A stretch of 64,000 nucleotides of DNA, from the NCBI GenBank assembly GCA_902595755.1, contig CACJRF010000003.1, positions 56,580 to 120,579 of the forward strand. Direction: 5' to 3'. Below, piece by piece: positions 37,927 to 48,318 of this stretch (the first letter of the stretch is position 1; each line of letters starts with the position of its first letter). The stretch comes from an uncultured Alphaproteobacteria bacterium. GTDB lineage: Bacteria > Pseudomonadota > Alphaproteobacteria > Methylaequorales > Methylaequoraceae. The notes beneath the pieces are model-generated. The model was not told the DNA's origin. It saw only the letters and a list, made by a program, of their open reading frames with translations, and searched no databases. Both the position numbers and the translations under genes were made by a program.

Positions 37927-38910
37927 ATGCTTGATAGTTTTGGTAGAAAAATTAATTATGTAAGAGTTTCTGTAACTGACAGATGTGATCTGAGATGCGA
38001 CTATTGCATGCCTTTAGATAATAAAAACTTTATAAAAAAAAAAGAAATTCTAACGATTCAAAATCTTATAACTATTTCTAAAGGTCTTATTTATCTAGGT
38101 ATAAAAAAGTTTAGAATAACAGGAGGAGAACCATTGATTAGAAAAGGTATAAGAGATTATATTGAGTTTCTTAATACTCAAAAAAATAAAAAAAATTTGG
38201 AAGAAATTTTATTGACAACTAATGGAACTCAACTTTCAAACTATGCTGAATTTCTATTTAAAAATAATGTGAAGAGAATAAATGTGTCATTAGATTCACT
38301 TGACTCAAACAAATTTAGTTTAATTACCAACGGTGGTCTTTTGACAAATGTATTGAAGGGGATAAAAAAAGCAAGTGATTTGGGTATAAAAATAAAAATT
38401 AATACAGTTTTGTTAAAAGATGTTAATGATGACGAAATCATTGATATGGTAAAATGGTGTTCCTCGAATAATTTTAAACTTAGTTTTATAGAAGTTATGC
38501 CTATAGGTGATACTTTGAAAAAAAGAAAAGATCAATATCTCTCAGTTGAGTTTGCAAAAAAAATCATAAATCAAAATTTCGGTCTAATTAAGTCCAATCA
38601 TAAAACATCTGGCCCATCAAAATATTTTGAATGTAAAGATGTTAAATTAATAGTGGGATTTATTTCACCAATTTCAAATCATTTTTGCTCTACTTGCAAT
38701 AGATTGAGAGTTACTTCCAATGGTAAAGTTTTTCCTTGCCTTGGAGATAATGGCTCAAAGGATTTAGTACCCTATTTAAAAGCAGGTCAAGAAATACAAT
38801 TAAGAAAAATTCTATCTAATGTAATTTTTAACAAGCCTGAAAAACATTATTTTGATATTAATAAAAAAAGCTATATCAAAGAAAGATTCATGAATACAAC
38901 TGGAGGGTAA
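37927..38910 (+). CDS. moaA: GTP 3',8-cyclase (molybdenum cofactor biosynthesis protein A)
   Basis: The radical-SAM CDLRCDYC motif, the C-terminal second cluster CSTCNRLRVTSNGKVFPC and a 327 aa length fit. Confidence 0.9.
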   Translation: MLDSFGRKINYVRVSVTDRCDLRCDYCMPLDNKNFIKKKEILTIQNLITISKGLIYLGIKKFRITGGEPLIRKGIRDYIEFLNTQKNKKNLEEILLTTNGTQLSNYAEFLFKNNVKRINVSLDSLDSNKFSLITNGGLLTNVLKGIKKASDLGIKIKINTVLLKDVNDDEIIDMVKWCSSNNFKLSFIEVMPIGDTLKKRKDQYLSVEFAKKIINQNFGLIKSNHKTSGPSKYFECKDVKLIVGFISPISNHFCSTCNRLRVTSNGKVFPCLGDNGSKDLVPYLKAGQEIQLRKILSNVIFNKPEKHYFDINKKSYIKERFMNTTGG

Positions 38911-38911
38911 A

Positions 38912-39673
38912 ATGACCAATATTGCCTTTGTTTCCTCAGAAAAACCAGAAGCTAAAAATTCCTTAAAGGTACTAAAAAGGATTTATACAAATGTTTCTCC
39001 TGATAAAGCTGATGTTATCGTAGCACTTGGTGGTGACGGAACTATATTAAAATCATTACATAGTTTCTTAAAAAGTAAAAAACCAATTTATGGTATGAAC
39101 AGAGGTAATGTTGGTTTTTTGATGAATCAATATTCCGAAAAAAACTTACATAAAAGGTTATCTGAAGCTATATCATATAAACTGCATCCACTTAAAATAA
39201 AAAGTTTTCACGAAGATGGTAGCATTCAAAATTCATTAGCATTTAACGACATATCAATGATTAGAAATAGTTCTAAAATCGCAAAAATTAAAATACAAAT
39301 AAATAATAAAATTAGAATTAAAGAGTTTTTAGGTGATGGATGTTTAATTTCAACACCTGCAGGAAGTTCAGCTTACAATTTATCCTTAAGAGGACCTGTT
39401 ATACCAGTTGGCGCTCAAGTTTTAGCTTTAACTCCAATAAGTCCATATAGACCAAGAAGATGGAGAGGTGCGTTATTAAAAAATGATGTTAAAATAATTC
39501 TTTCAGCAATTGACTCAAAAAGAAGACCAGTTAGAGCAGAAGCGGATTTCATGCAACTAAAAGATATAATAAAACTTGAAATCACACTTGAAAAAAAATT
39601 ATTTATGAATCTTCTATTTGACCCTGGACACAATCTTGAAGAAAGAATTATTACTGAACAATTTGATAATTAA
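38912..39673 (+). CDS. nadK: NAD kinase
   Basis: The GGDGT motif, the NDISM/ISTPAGSSAYNLSLRGP region and a 253 aa length fit. Confidence 0.85.
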   Translation: MTNIAFVSSEKPEAKNSLKVLKRIYTNVSPDKADVIVALGGDGTILKSLHSFLKSKKPIYGMNRGNVGFLMNQYSEKNLHKRLSEAISYKLHPLKIKSFHEDGSIQNSLAFNDISMIRNSSKIAKIKIQINNKIRIKEFLGDGCLISTPAGSSAYNLSLRGPVIPVGAQVLALTPISPYRPRRWRGALLKNDVKIILSAIDSKRRPVRAEADFMQLKDIIKLEITLEKKLFMNLLFDPGHNLEERIITEQFDN

Positions 39674-39681
39674 AATTTGAT

Positions 39682-40812
39682 ATGGAAGATATTCTAAAAA
39701 AATTAATTGAGTACCCAACAATTAGTGAATCTAGCAACATAAATTTAATGAGTTATATAGATATTTATCTGAAAAAGTTTGGTATTAAAGGAAAATTGAT
39801 TCAAGGCGAAAAAAATCAATTTAATTATCATTGTATGATAGGCCCAAATAAGGATGGCGGTATAATATTCTCTGGACATACAGATGTTGTTCCTGTTGTA
39901 GGACAGGATTGGAAGTCAAATCCATTTAAATTATTAAAAAAAAATAATAAATATTATGGTAGAGGTACATGTGACATGAAAGGCTTTATCGCTGTATGTT
40001 TATCGATAGTTCCTCAAATAAAAATAAAAAAATTAAAAAAGCCAATTCACCTTATTTTTTCATATGATGAAGAAATTGGGTGCATAGGTATAAGAAAACT
40101 AATCCCATTCCTTAAAAAATTAAAACCCAAGCCAAAATTTTGTTTAGTTGGAGAACCAACTGAAATGAAAATTGTCAATCAACACAAAGGTAAAAAAAAC
40201 TTTTTAGTTTCCTTTCAGGGACATGAGGCCCATTCATCACTTACTGAAGATGGAGTTAACGCTATAAATTATTGTAGTAAATTTATTAACTATTTATCAA
40301 ATATTCAGATCGAGCTAGTTGATAAATATAAAAATAACAAATATTATCCTCCCTACCCAACCATAAATGTTGGGAAAATAAATGGAGGTTTAGCCGTAAA
40401 TATAATTCCAAATAAATGTGTAATAGAATTTGAAATTAGAGATACACCAGAAATGGAAAGTGAGTTATTTATAAGTAAAATAAAAAAATTTCTAAAAAAA
40501 TTAGAAACAAATATGAAAAAGAAATTTAAAAATTGTAGTATTAAATTTGAGGTTAAAAATAATTTTCCACCTCTTTTAACAATGAACTCATCTAATTTAA
40601 TATCATTATGTTTACAAGCTCTAAAGACAAACTCAACAGGTGCAGTGAGTTTTGGAACTGAAGCTGGTATTTTTAATGAAATGGGATTTGAAACAATTGT
40701 ATGTGGACCTGGAAGTATTAAGCAAGCACATAAACCTAACGAATTTATAGAAATTAAAGAAATGAATAAATGTAGAAAATTTCTTCTCAAATTGATTGAA
40801 CTCCAATATTAA
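39682..40812 (+). CDS. M20 family metallohydrolase (acetylornithine deacetylase / succinyl-DAP desuccinylase-like)
   Basis: The motifs SGHTDVVP, GRGTCDMKG and a 376 aa length fit. ArgE versus DapE cannot be resolved by eye. Confidence 0.7.
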   Translation: MEDILKKLIEYPTISESSNINLMSYIDIYLKKFGIKGKLIQGEKNQFNYHCMIGPNKDGGIIFSGHTDVVPVVGQDWKSNPFKLLKKNNKYYGRGTCDMKGFIAVCLSIVPQIKIKKLKKPIHLIFSYDEEIGCIGIRKLIPFLKKLKPKPKFCLVGEPTEMKIVNQHKGKKNFLVSFQGHEAHSSLTEDGVNAINYCSKFINYLSNIQIELVDKYKNNKYYPPYPTINVGKINGGLAVNIIPNKCVIEFEIRDTPEMESELFISKIKKFLKKLETNMKKKFKNCSIKFEVKNNFPPLLTMNSSNLISLCLQALKTNSTGAVSFGTEAGIFNEMGFETIVCGPGSIKQAHKPNEFIEIKEMNKCRKFLLKLIELQY

Positions 40813-40813
40813 T

Positions 40814-41863
40814 ATGAAATTAAAGGAGTTAGACTACGAGATAAATAGTGATTTAATTGCACTTAGGCCTAAGCAACCAAGGGATGAATCAAAATTATTA
40901 ATTTCTGAAAACCCTTTAAAAATTATTAGATTTAAGAATATAATTGAAATTTTAAATCCAGGAGACGTTTTAATAATTAATGACACTAAAGTTATTAGAT
41001 CAGATGTTACAGGATATGTTAATAAATCAAAAGTCTCAATTAATCTAAACAAGATAATTGATAAAAAAAAAAATTTATGGTCAATTTTTATAAAGTCTAA
41101 TAAAAAAATACAACCAAATCAAAATATTAATTTAAGCGATAAGGTTTACTGTAAAATAATTGAGATCAGAGAAGACAAAAACTATCTAAGCTATATTGTA
41201 AAGTTTAGTCTTATATACTCAGAACTAATTGAATTTTTAGATTCGTACGGAAATATGCCATTACCAGCTTATATTAAAAAAAAAAGATTACTCAATCAAT
41301 CCGATTATAAAAATTATCAAGCAATTTTTGCTGATAGGATTGGAGCAGTTGCCGCACCAACTGCAAGTTTGCATTTCACAAAAAGATTGATAGACAAAAT
41401 TAAAAAAAAGGGAGTTAATATTATTAAACTCACATTGCATGTAAACGGAGGTACATTTATACCAATTAAGTCAAACGATATTGAAGATCATCTAATGCAT
41501 TATGAAAAAGGACTTATTACAAAAGAATCAGCTAATAAAATAAATTATTTAAAAAAAAAGGGCGGAAGAGTTTTTGCTGTTGGAACAACAGTACTGAGAC
41601 TTCTTGAATCATCCAAGGATCATAAAGGTAAAGTCAAAGCATTTGATGGTGAAACAAATATTTACATAAAGCCAGGTTGGAAGATTAATACTATTGATGC
41701 ATTAATAACAAATTTTCATACGCCTAAATCAACACTTCTACTTCTTATTTATGCTATTTTGGGTAAAAAAAAAACCCAAGAAGTTTATAAATTTGCAATT
41801 AAAAACAAACTGAGATTCTTCTCCTACGGCGATGCTTGCCTGATTTGGAATAGGAATGAGTAA
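40814..41863 (+). CDS. queA: S-adenosylmethionine:tRNA ribosyltransferase-isomerase
   Basis: MKLKELDYEI...DLIALRP is a typical QueA N-terminus. A conserved C-terminal FHTPKSTLLLL block is present. The start was moved to the ATG at 40814 to avoid overlapping the upstream gene. Confidence 0.9.
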   Translation: MKLKELDYEINSDLIALRPKQPRDESKLLISENPLKIIRFKNIIEILNPGDVLIINDTKVIRSDVTGYVNKSKVSINLNKIIDKKKNLWSIFIKSNKKIQPNQNINLSDKVYCKIIEIREDKNYLSYIVKFSLIYSELIEFLDSYGNMPLPAYIKKKRLLNQSDYKNYQAIFADRIGAVAAPTASLHFTKRLIDKIKKKGVNIIKLTLHVNGGTFIPIKSNDIEDHLMHYEKGLITKESANKINYLKKKGGRVFAVGTTVLRLLESSKDHKGKVKAFDGETNIYIKPGWKINTIDALITNFHTPKSTLLLLIYAILGKKKTQEVYKFAIKNKLRFFSYGDACLIWNRNE

Positions 41864-42977
41864 TTTAAAATTTTCAATCCTCGCAACTCAGAAAAAAGCT
41901 AGAGCAGGTGAAATATCAACCCATCACGGAATAATTAAAACCCCTGTTTTTATGCCAGTCGGGACTATTGGCTCGGTAAAAGCTATTTTTCCGCAAGAAT
42001 TAAAAAATCTTGATATTGACATTATTCTTGCGAATACTTACCACTTAATGCAAAGGCCAGGAGATAAGTTAATAAAAAAAATGGGAGGCTTGCAAAACTT
42101 TATTAATTGGGAAAAACCTATACTTACTGACTCCGGTGGTTTTCAAGTATGGTCATTGTCAAAGCTAAAAAAGATAAGTAAAAATGGAATTAATTTTAAA
42201 TCTCATATTGACGGTAGCCAAATTTTTCTTAGTCCTGAAAAAGCAATTGATATCCAATATAATTTAAATTCTAATATTTCTATGGTTTTAGATGAATGTA
42301 CTGAATTTCCAGTTTCATTTAAAAGAGCACAGGAGTCTATGGAACTATCAATGTATTGGGCTGAAAGATGTAAAAATATTTTTAAACCTAGAGAAGGGTA
42401 TGGGTGTTTTGGTATTGTTCAAGGTGGCATGTTTGAAGAACTCAGAAAAAGAAGTGCTGGTGAATTGAGTGAAATAGGTTTTGACGGTTATGCACTTGGT
42501 GGACTATCTGTAGGGGAAACGCACGATCAAATGGTAAATGTTATTAAGTCTGTTATTGATTACTTAGATGAAAAAAAACCAAGATACGTAATGGGAGTTG
42601 GAAGGCCGGTCGATATAATAAGGTCGGTTGAACAAGGTATAGATATGTTCGACTGCGTCCTTCCGACAAGATTTGGAAGGAACGGTAGAGCATTTACAAT
42701 GGCAGGTGAACTAAACCTAAGAAATTCTAAATATTCAGATGACGACTCCCCTTTAGATGAAAATCTTAATTGTTTTGCGTCTAATGAGTTCTCAAAATCC
42801 TATATACATCATTTAGTTAAAAATAATGAAATACTCTCTTCGATGATTCTGAGTTTACATAACATAGCATTTTATAAAAGAATGATGTGTGATATTAGAG
42901 AATCAATATTGACAAATACTTTTGAAGAAACTAAAAATTTATATTTATATGAAAATGAAAAATTCAAAAAAACCTAA
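41856..42977 (+). CDS. tgt: Queuine tRNA-ribosyltransferase
   Basis: The motifs FMPVGT, LTDSGGFQV and the zinc-site region CxC..C..H near the C-terminus are present. Length is 373 aa. Confidence 0.95.
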   Translation: MSNLKFSILATQKKARAGEISTHHGIIKTPVFMPVGTIGSVKAIFPQELKNLDIDIILANTYHLMQRPGDKLIKKMGGLQNFINWEKPILTDSGGFQVWSLSKLKKISKNGINFKSHIDGSQIFLSPEKAIDIQYNLNSNISMVLDECTEFPVSFKRAQESMELSMYWAERCKNIFKPREGYGCFGIVQGGMFEELRKRSAGELSEIGFDGYALGGLSVGETHDQMVNVIKSVIDYLDEKKPRYVMGVGRPVDIIRSVEQGIDMFDCVLPTRFGRNGRAFTMAGELNLRNSKYSDDDSPLDENLNCFASNEFSKSYIHHLVKNNEILSSMILSLHNIAFYKRMMCDIRESILTNTFEETKNLYLYENEKFKKT

Positions 42978-43413
42978 GTATCTAGGTAAGAAAGTAAAAT
43001 TAAATCAAGATAATCCTGACAAATTTGTCTTAGATCCAATAGATAACCCTCATCCTGACAAAGATTATTCTATTAGATTTTCTTCACCAGAGTTTACTAG
43101 TATATGCCCAATTACTTCACAACCTGACTTTGGAAATATCATTATTGATTACGTACCTAATAAACTCTTATTAGAGAGTAAGTCTCTGAAGTTATTTCTT
43201 TTCTCATTCAGAAACTATGGTGGTTTTCATGAGGATTGTACAATAAAGATTGCAAAAAAAATTATTCACTATGTAAAACCGAAGTGGATACGGATTGTAT
43301 CAGTCTGGAATCCAAGAGGTGGAATCCCAATTGATGTTTTTTTTGAGGAAGGTATAGCTCCAAAAAAAGTTCACATTCAAGATTTAAATATGAATATTTA
43401 TAAACCAAGATAA
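42949..43413 (+). CDS. queF: NADPH-dependent 7-cyano-7-deazaguanine reductase (type I QueF)
   Basis: The catalytic Cys context SICPITSQPDF and the QueF motif ESKSLKLFL are present. Length is ~155 aa. Confidence 0.85.
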   Translation: MKMKNSKKPKYLGKKVKLNQDNPDKFVLDPIDNPHPDKDYSIRFSSPEFTSICPITSQPDFGNIIIDYVPNKLLLESKSLKLFLFSFRNYGGFHEDCTIKIAKKIIHYVKPKWIRIVSVWNPRGGIPIDVFFEEGIAPKKVHIQDLNMNIYKPR

Positions 43414-43417
43414 GAGC

Positions 43418-43771
43418 TCAACCTGAATAAACACAACCCCCAACTCTTGGTCTATAAATTTCTATGCTGTGAAGGTTTTTAATTTTGTTTTTCAACATTT
43501 TCCATATCCATTTAGCAATATTTTCACATGTTGGGTTTTCTAAACCATGAATGTCGTTAAGTAAAGAATGATCTAATTGTTTTAAAATACTTTCAAGATA
43601 AGGATCTAACCCGTCAAGATCCATAACCCACCCACTTTTTTTTTTTACTTTACCATACAGAAAAATCTTTAATTCATAGCTATGACCGTGAATTCTTCTA
43701 TTTTTATGCCCATCCTCAAAATTTGGTATATAGTGAGCTGCATCAAAATAATATTTTTTATATATTATCAT
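43418..43771 (-). CDS. queD: 6-carboxy-5,6,7,8-tetrahydropterin synthase
   Basis: The 117 aa protein has the zinc-binding His triad (HYIPNF...RIHGHSYEL) and CxxxHGH-like motifs of the PTPS/QueD fold. Its ATG overlaps the queE stop. Confidence 0.85.
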   Translation of the reverse strand: MIIYKKYYFDAAHYIPNFEDGHKNRRIHGHSYELKIFLYGKVKKKSGWVMDLDGLDPYLESILKQLDHSLLNDIHGLENPTCENIAKWIWKMLKNKIKNLHSIEIYRPRVGGCVYSG

Positions 43772-44406
43772 TAGTTTATTCTAAGTACTTTATGAATCTG
43801 AAAACTTGGAAACCAATTTTCGTTTAATTTACAATAATTCAATGTTTTAACCAGATTTAACCTTTTTAAAGAATCATATTTTGGTTGTAGAAAAAAATAT
43901 TTAAAGTCTAATTTTTCTAAGGCCTTTAGATTAAATTTGTGTTGGGGATATACCACTTTAAGTTCATCACCATTTTTTAGTTTCCATAATGAATTTTCTT
44001 TTGGACTAACGCAGATCCAATCAAACTTAATATTTGTATTTATAGTTCCATTGGTTTCCAATGCAACATAAAAATTTAAACTTTTAAGCGCATTTATTAG
44101 TTTCTCGTTTACTTGAAGTAAAGGCTCACCCCCCGTTAAAACAACAAACTTTTTCTCTCTAGAAAACGTTGAATTCCAAACCATGTGAATTTTTTTTACT
44201 AACTGATCTAAATTATATTTACCACCGTTTAAACCATCAGTACCAGCAAAATCTGTATCACAAAAATTACATATAGCATTTTTCCTCATATTAATATTTC
44301 CATTCCATAAATTACAACCTGTAAATCTTACAAACACAGCTTTTCGTCCAACATGATAACCTTCACCTTGAATTGATTTAAATATCTCTTTAATTTTATA
44401 TAACAA
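43771..44406 (-). CDS. queE: 7-carboxy-7-deazaguanine synthase (radical SAM)
   Basis: The N-terminal EIFKSIQGEG and the cluster region CNLWNG...C..C identify it. The probable TTG start lies immediately after the queC stop (TGATTG). Confidence 0.85.
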   Translation of the reverse strand: MLYKIKEIFKSIQGEGYHVGRKAVFVRFTGCNLWNGNINMRKNAICNFCDTDFAGTDGLNGGKYNLDQLVKKIHMVWNSTFSREKKFVVLTGGEPLLQVNEKLINALKSLNFYVALETNGTINTNIKFDWICVSPKENSLWKLKNGDELKVVYPQHKFNLKALEKLDFKYFFLQPKYDSLKRLNLVKTLNYCKLNENWFPSFQIHKVLRIN

Positions 44407-45090
44407 TCACTTTCTCCATAAAGGGTCCTCAATTCCGGCTTCGTCAAATCCTTTTTTCCTCAACAAACATGCATCACACCTTCTACAAATTTTTTCCTTA
44501 CTTGGGTCATAACAACTAGATGTCTTAGAAAAATCCACTCCATTTTTAAATCCAATCTGAATTATATCCTTTTTTTTTAAATTTATAAGTGGAGTCTCAA
44601 TTTTAAACTTTTTATTACATAAACCTTTTTTTGTTGAAAAGTTTATTAATTTTTCAAATCCATCAATAAATTCTTTTCTACAATCTGGGTAGCCGGAATA
44701 GTCGACAGCATTAACCCCAAGAAAAATTTTATCTATATTTTTATACTCTGCATAACCCGAAGCAAAGGACAAAAAGATTATATTTCTACTTGGAACATAG
44801 GTGTTAGGGATTCCATTATCGATATTTTTAATATTTTCATTCTTTGGGACATCAATATTGTCTGTTAATGATGAGCCTCCAAAAAAATCAAGTTTAAATA
44901 TCCTATGTGATAAGCATTTAAAATTGTCAGCTTGCCATTTTGCACAATTTAATTCAACCTTATGTCTTTGATTATAGTCAAATGTGATTGCAATAACCTC
45001 ATATCCAAGCTTTTTACAAATTGATAATACGACAGCAGAATCTAACCCGCCACTAAGTAGTAGTACTACTTTATTTGATTTTTTAATCAT
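44407..45090 (-). CDS. queC: 7-cyano-7-deazaguanine synthase
   Basis: The PP-loop LLSGGLDS and the C-terminal zinc Cys cluster C..C..C..C are present. The first ATG (MIKKSNK...) was used because the ORF track start is a TTG. Confidence 0.9.
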   Translation of the reverse strand: MIKKSNKVVLLLSGGLDSAVVLSICKKLGYEVIAITFDYNQRHKVELNCAKWQADNFKCLSHRIFKLDFFGGSSLTDNIDVPKNENIKNIDNGIPNTYVPSRNIIFLSFASGYAEYKNIDKIFLGVNAVDYSGYPDCRKEFIDGFEKLINFSTKKGLCNKKFKIETPLINLKKKDIIQIGFKNGVDFSKTSSCYDPSKEKICRRCDACLLRKKGFDEAGIEDPLWRK

Positions 45091-45122
45091 CTTAGATTTA
45101 TAATATTTATAAAATAACAAAA

Positions 45123-46229
45123 ATGAATAATTTAAAAAATAAAGTTTGTTTAAAACTAAAAAGCTTTGGTTTTAATGTTGTTGGTATAACAAAACCAAAA
45201 GTAAACAAGGATACAATAAATAATTACAATTTATTTTTAAAAAAAAAATATCATGGCGATATGTATTGGTTAGAAAATCATGAGAATGCTAAAAAAGATC
45301 CCTCTAAAATATGGAAAGAAGTAAAAACTATAATAGTTTTGGGCCTTAATTATTCTCCAGGTTATAATCCACTTATAAATAATGATAAGAGAAACTTTGG
45401 AAATATTAGTGTTTATGCACAAAATGAAGATTACCACACAGTTATTAAAGATAAACTAAAGATCTTTAAAAAATGGTTATCAAATGAATATAACCTTGAT
45501 TCAAAGATATTTGTCGATACTTCTCCAATTTTTGAAAAGCAATTAGCTCAATCAGCTGGTCTAGGTTGGCAAGGGAAACATACAAATTTAGTTTCAAAGA
45601 AATATGGATCATGGTTATTTCTTTCAGAAATATTTCTCCCTATTGATATTCCAAATGATAACAAAGAATATAATCATTGCGGAATTTGTAACGACTGTAT
45701 TAAGGTCTGTCCAACTGATGCAATACTAAAAGAAAATGTCATAGATGCAAGAAAATGTATATCATACCTAACTATTGAGCATAAAGGACCTTTTCCAGTA
45801 AGTTTACGAAAAAAAATAGGTAACAAAATATATGGATGTGACGACTGTCTTTCAATATGTCCATGGAATAAGTTTTCTTCTGAATCCAAGGAAAAAAAAT
45901 TGATTGGAAAAGACCTCAAGGAACTCTCTTTTTATTTGAATTTAAATGAAAATGAGTTTTATAATTTTTTTAATAATTCTCCAATCAAAAGAATTGGTTG
46001 GATTAGATTTTTACGAAATGTCATAATAAGCGTCGGAAATAGTGACAATCAAGATTTAAAAGAAGATTTAATAAAATATGTATACCATCCTGAACCAATA
46101 ATTAGAGGTGCTTCCATTTGGTCCTTAAGTCAAATTCTTTCAAAAAATGATTTTAAAATTCTAAAAAAAGAATTACTTAAAACAGAAAATAATTCCTATG
46201 TTATTTTTGAATTAAACATTAAGAATTAA
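45123..46229 (+). CDS. queG: Epoxyqueuosine reductase
   Basis: The two 4Fe-4S ferredoxin motifs CGICNDCIKVCPT and CDDCLSICP plus a HEAT-like C-terminus fit QueG. Confidence 0.85.
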   Translation: MNNLKNKVCLKLKSFGFNVVGITKPKVNKDTINNYNLFLKKKYHGDMYWLENHENAKKDPSKIWKEVKTIIVLGLNYSPGYNPLINNDKRNFGNISVYAQNEDYHTVIKDKLKIFKKWLSNEYNLDSKIFVDTSPIFEKQLAQSAGLGWQGKHTNLVSKKYGSWLFLSEIFLPIDIPNDNKEYNHCGICNDCIKVCPTDAILKENVIDARKCISYLTIEHKGPFPVSLRKKIGNKIYGCDDCLSICPWNKFSSESKEKKLIGKDLKELSFYLNLNENEFYNFFNNSPIKRIGWIRFLRNVIISVGNSDNQDLKEDLIKYVYHPEPIIRGASIWSLSQILSKNDFKILKKELLKTENNSYVIFELNIKN

Positions 46230-47156
46230 TTTATTTAATCCCTTAAGCATGGTATTTATTATTCCTTCATCTGAAGATGAGTGACCTGCTGTATTGACAA
46301 AAACTAACTCAGAGCATTTCCAATTCTTAGACAAATTGTAAGCATTTATTGGTGGACAAATTAAGTCATACCTTCCTTGAACAATGTATGACGGGATATT
46401 AGATATAGTGTTTATATTCTTAAGAATCTCATTGTCTTCCATAAAAAAATTATTTTTTATATAATATAATTCCATAAAAGGAGAATTTGGCAACCCACTT
46501 CTTCTCATTATTTCTTCATCATTGTCAAAAAGATATTTTTCTGGATTGATTTGAGATAATATTCTTTCGTAGTCATGCCAAATCCATGAATGAAGCTTGG
46601 AATTTTCAATTACTACCTTTTCATAATATGATTCAATAATGTTTTTTCCTTCTCTAAACAAGCCACTAAATCTTTCATAAAGGTTCGGTGCAAATGTTTT
46701 TGGACCATCAATAAATGCCCAATTTATTTCATTCATAGTTCCAAGAAAGACAGATCTTAAAAGGATTCCAATAATATTATTTGGAAACTTTTGTGCATAC
46801 TTAATTGACAGAGTTGATCCCCATGAGCCTCCAACTATTAAGAATTTTTCAATATTAAAAAAAACTCTAATTTTTTCAATGTCATCTACAATAGATTCAG
46901 TATTATTATTTTCTAGTACTCTATACGGAGTACTCTTTCCACAACCACGTTGATCAAAGATTATTGATCTAAATATATTTGGATCAAATAAAGAATGATG
47001 CTCACTTCTACAATGTCCACCTGGTCCTCCATGAACAAAAATAACAGGTATACCATCTTTTTTTCCACTCACTTCAACATATATTTTGTTGTGTTTATCT
47101 ACTTCAATGTGATACATTTCAGGAAGAGATTTATGAATAAATAGTTTGTGGTTCAT
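46212..47156 (-). CDS. pip: Proline iminopeptidase (alpha/beta hydrolase)
   Basis: The motif HGGPGG and the nucleophile elbow GGSWGSTL are present. Length is 314 aa. Confidence 0.8.
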   Translation of the reverse strand: MNHKLFIHKSLPEMYHIEVDKHNKIYVEVSGKKDGIPVIFVHGGPGGHCRSEHHSLFDPNIFRSIIFDQRGCGKSTPYRVLENNNTESIVDDIEKIRVFFNIEKFLIVGGSWGSTLSIKYAQKFPNNIIGILLRSVFLGTMNEINWAFIDGPKTFAPNLYERFSGLFREGKNIIESYYEKVVIENSKLHSWIWHDYERILSQINPEKYLFDNDEEIMRRSGLPNSPFMELYYIKNNFFMEDNEILKNINTISNIPSYIVQGRYDLICPPINAYNLSKNWKCSELVFVNTAGHSSSDEGIINTMLKGLNKLILNV

Positions 47157-47618
47157 TTGATAAACACCATTATGGATAAGTTCGAAAATATAAATGAGTT
47201 AATAGTAGCATTACTTTTCTGGATAACAAGTCATACTGACTACAAAAATCCAATTAAATACCCAGCTATCGAATTTATTGAGCAAAAAGAACTTTCTCAG
47301 TTAGCATGTAAAACTGAATGTGAAATTCTGGCATATACACCTTTAGAGCCAAAATATAAAATCTTCTTATCAAAAAAGCTTGACCCTTTAAATGATATTT
47401 GTCACAGAGGGATTTTAATGCATGAGATAATTCATGTTTTACAGGAAGAACAGGGTGTTTTTTCAGATTATGAATTAAGAACAAAAAAGCATATGAGAGA
47501 GATGGATGCTCTTGTAAACCATAATATTTTTCTGAGTCAATATGGAAAGAAAATATTATATAGTAATGGTTTCGCCGCAAAATTTAAAACAAATACAAAA
47601 AATAATTTATATTGTTAA
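47148..47618 (+). CDS. Hypothetical protein with HExxH metallopeptidase-like motif
   Basis: GILMHEIIHVLQEEQG is the only recognisable motif. The ORF overlaps the pip start by 9 nt. Confidence 0.35.
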   Translation: MVHLINTIMDKFENINELIVALLFWITSHTDYKNPIKYPAIEFIEQKELSQLACKTECEILAYTPLEPKYKIFLSKKLDPLNDICHRGILMHEIIHVLQEEQGVFSDYELRTKKHMREMDALVNHNIFLSQYGKKILYSNGFAAKFKTNTKNNLYC

Positions 47619-48310
47619 TTTATTTTATTTAGCAATTCATCAGCTGGCACATAACCAAATATTATTTCATTACCCACCACAAAGGCTGGAGTTCCTCTAA
47701 GTCCTAGCTTATTCGCTAAATCAACATCCTCTTTAAGTTTTTTTTCTAACCTACTGTTAACTTGCTCATTATTGAGTTCATCTAAATTCACACCAAGTTT
47801 TTTAGTAATTTCGGATAATTTTTCTTTACTTACACGCCCTTTATTTTCATTAATCATTTTATAAAAACTATTAAAGCTATCAATATCCTTTTCAGCAATA
47901 AATATTCCTAATTTAGCTAAAAAAACTGAATTCTCTGATAATATAGGAAAATTTTTATATATAACTTTTACATCTTCTTTTTTAAGTAACTTTTGAATAT
48001 CATTGTGAGCTTTTTTACAATATGAACAATTAAAGTCAAAAAATTTAACAACTATTTTCTTAGAATTTATATTTCCGTCAAACAATCCATTACTACTATC
48101 CGTTAAACTTTCTAAATTTTCATTGATTATCTTTTGATTAGTTACTTCCTGTTCTTTAGCTTTTTTTTCCTCAAAATTTTGTAAAGATTTTAAAATAACT
48201 TCTGGATTTTCGAGTAAAAAATTTTCTATCTTTTCTTCAAGTGCCTGTGAGAAAACATTTAGAGAAAAAAACATAAAAGTAGCAACTGATAAAATTTTAA
48301 TTCTAATCAT
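47615..48310 (-). CDS. dsbA: DsbA-family periplasmic thiol:disulfide oxidoreductase
   Basis: A signal peptide is followed by the thioredoxin CxxC motif CSYCKK. The start was trimmed to the ATG at 48310 because the longer ORF would overlap the tRNA gene. Confidence 0.7.
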   Translation of the reverse strand: MIRIKILSVATFMFFSLNVFSQALEEKIENFLLENPEVILKSLQNFEEKKAKEQEVTNQKIINENLESLTDSSNGLFDGNINSKKIVVKFFDFNCSYCKKAHNDIQKLLKKEDVKVIYKNFPILSENSVFLAKLGIFIAEKDIDSFNSFYKMINENKGRVSKEKLSEITKKLGVNLDELNNEQVNSRLEKKLKEDVDLANKLGLRGTPAFVVGNEIIFGYVPADELLNKIN

Positions 48311-48318
48311 AACAATAA

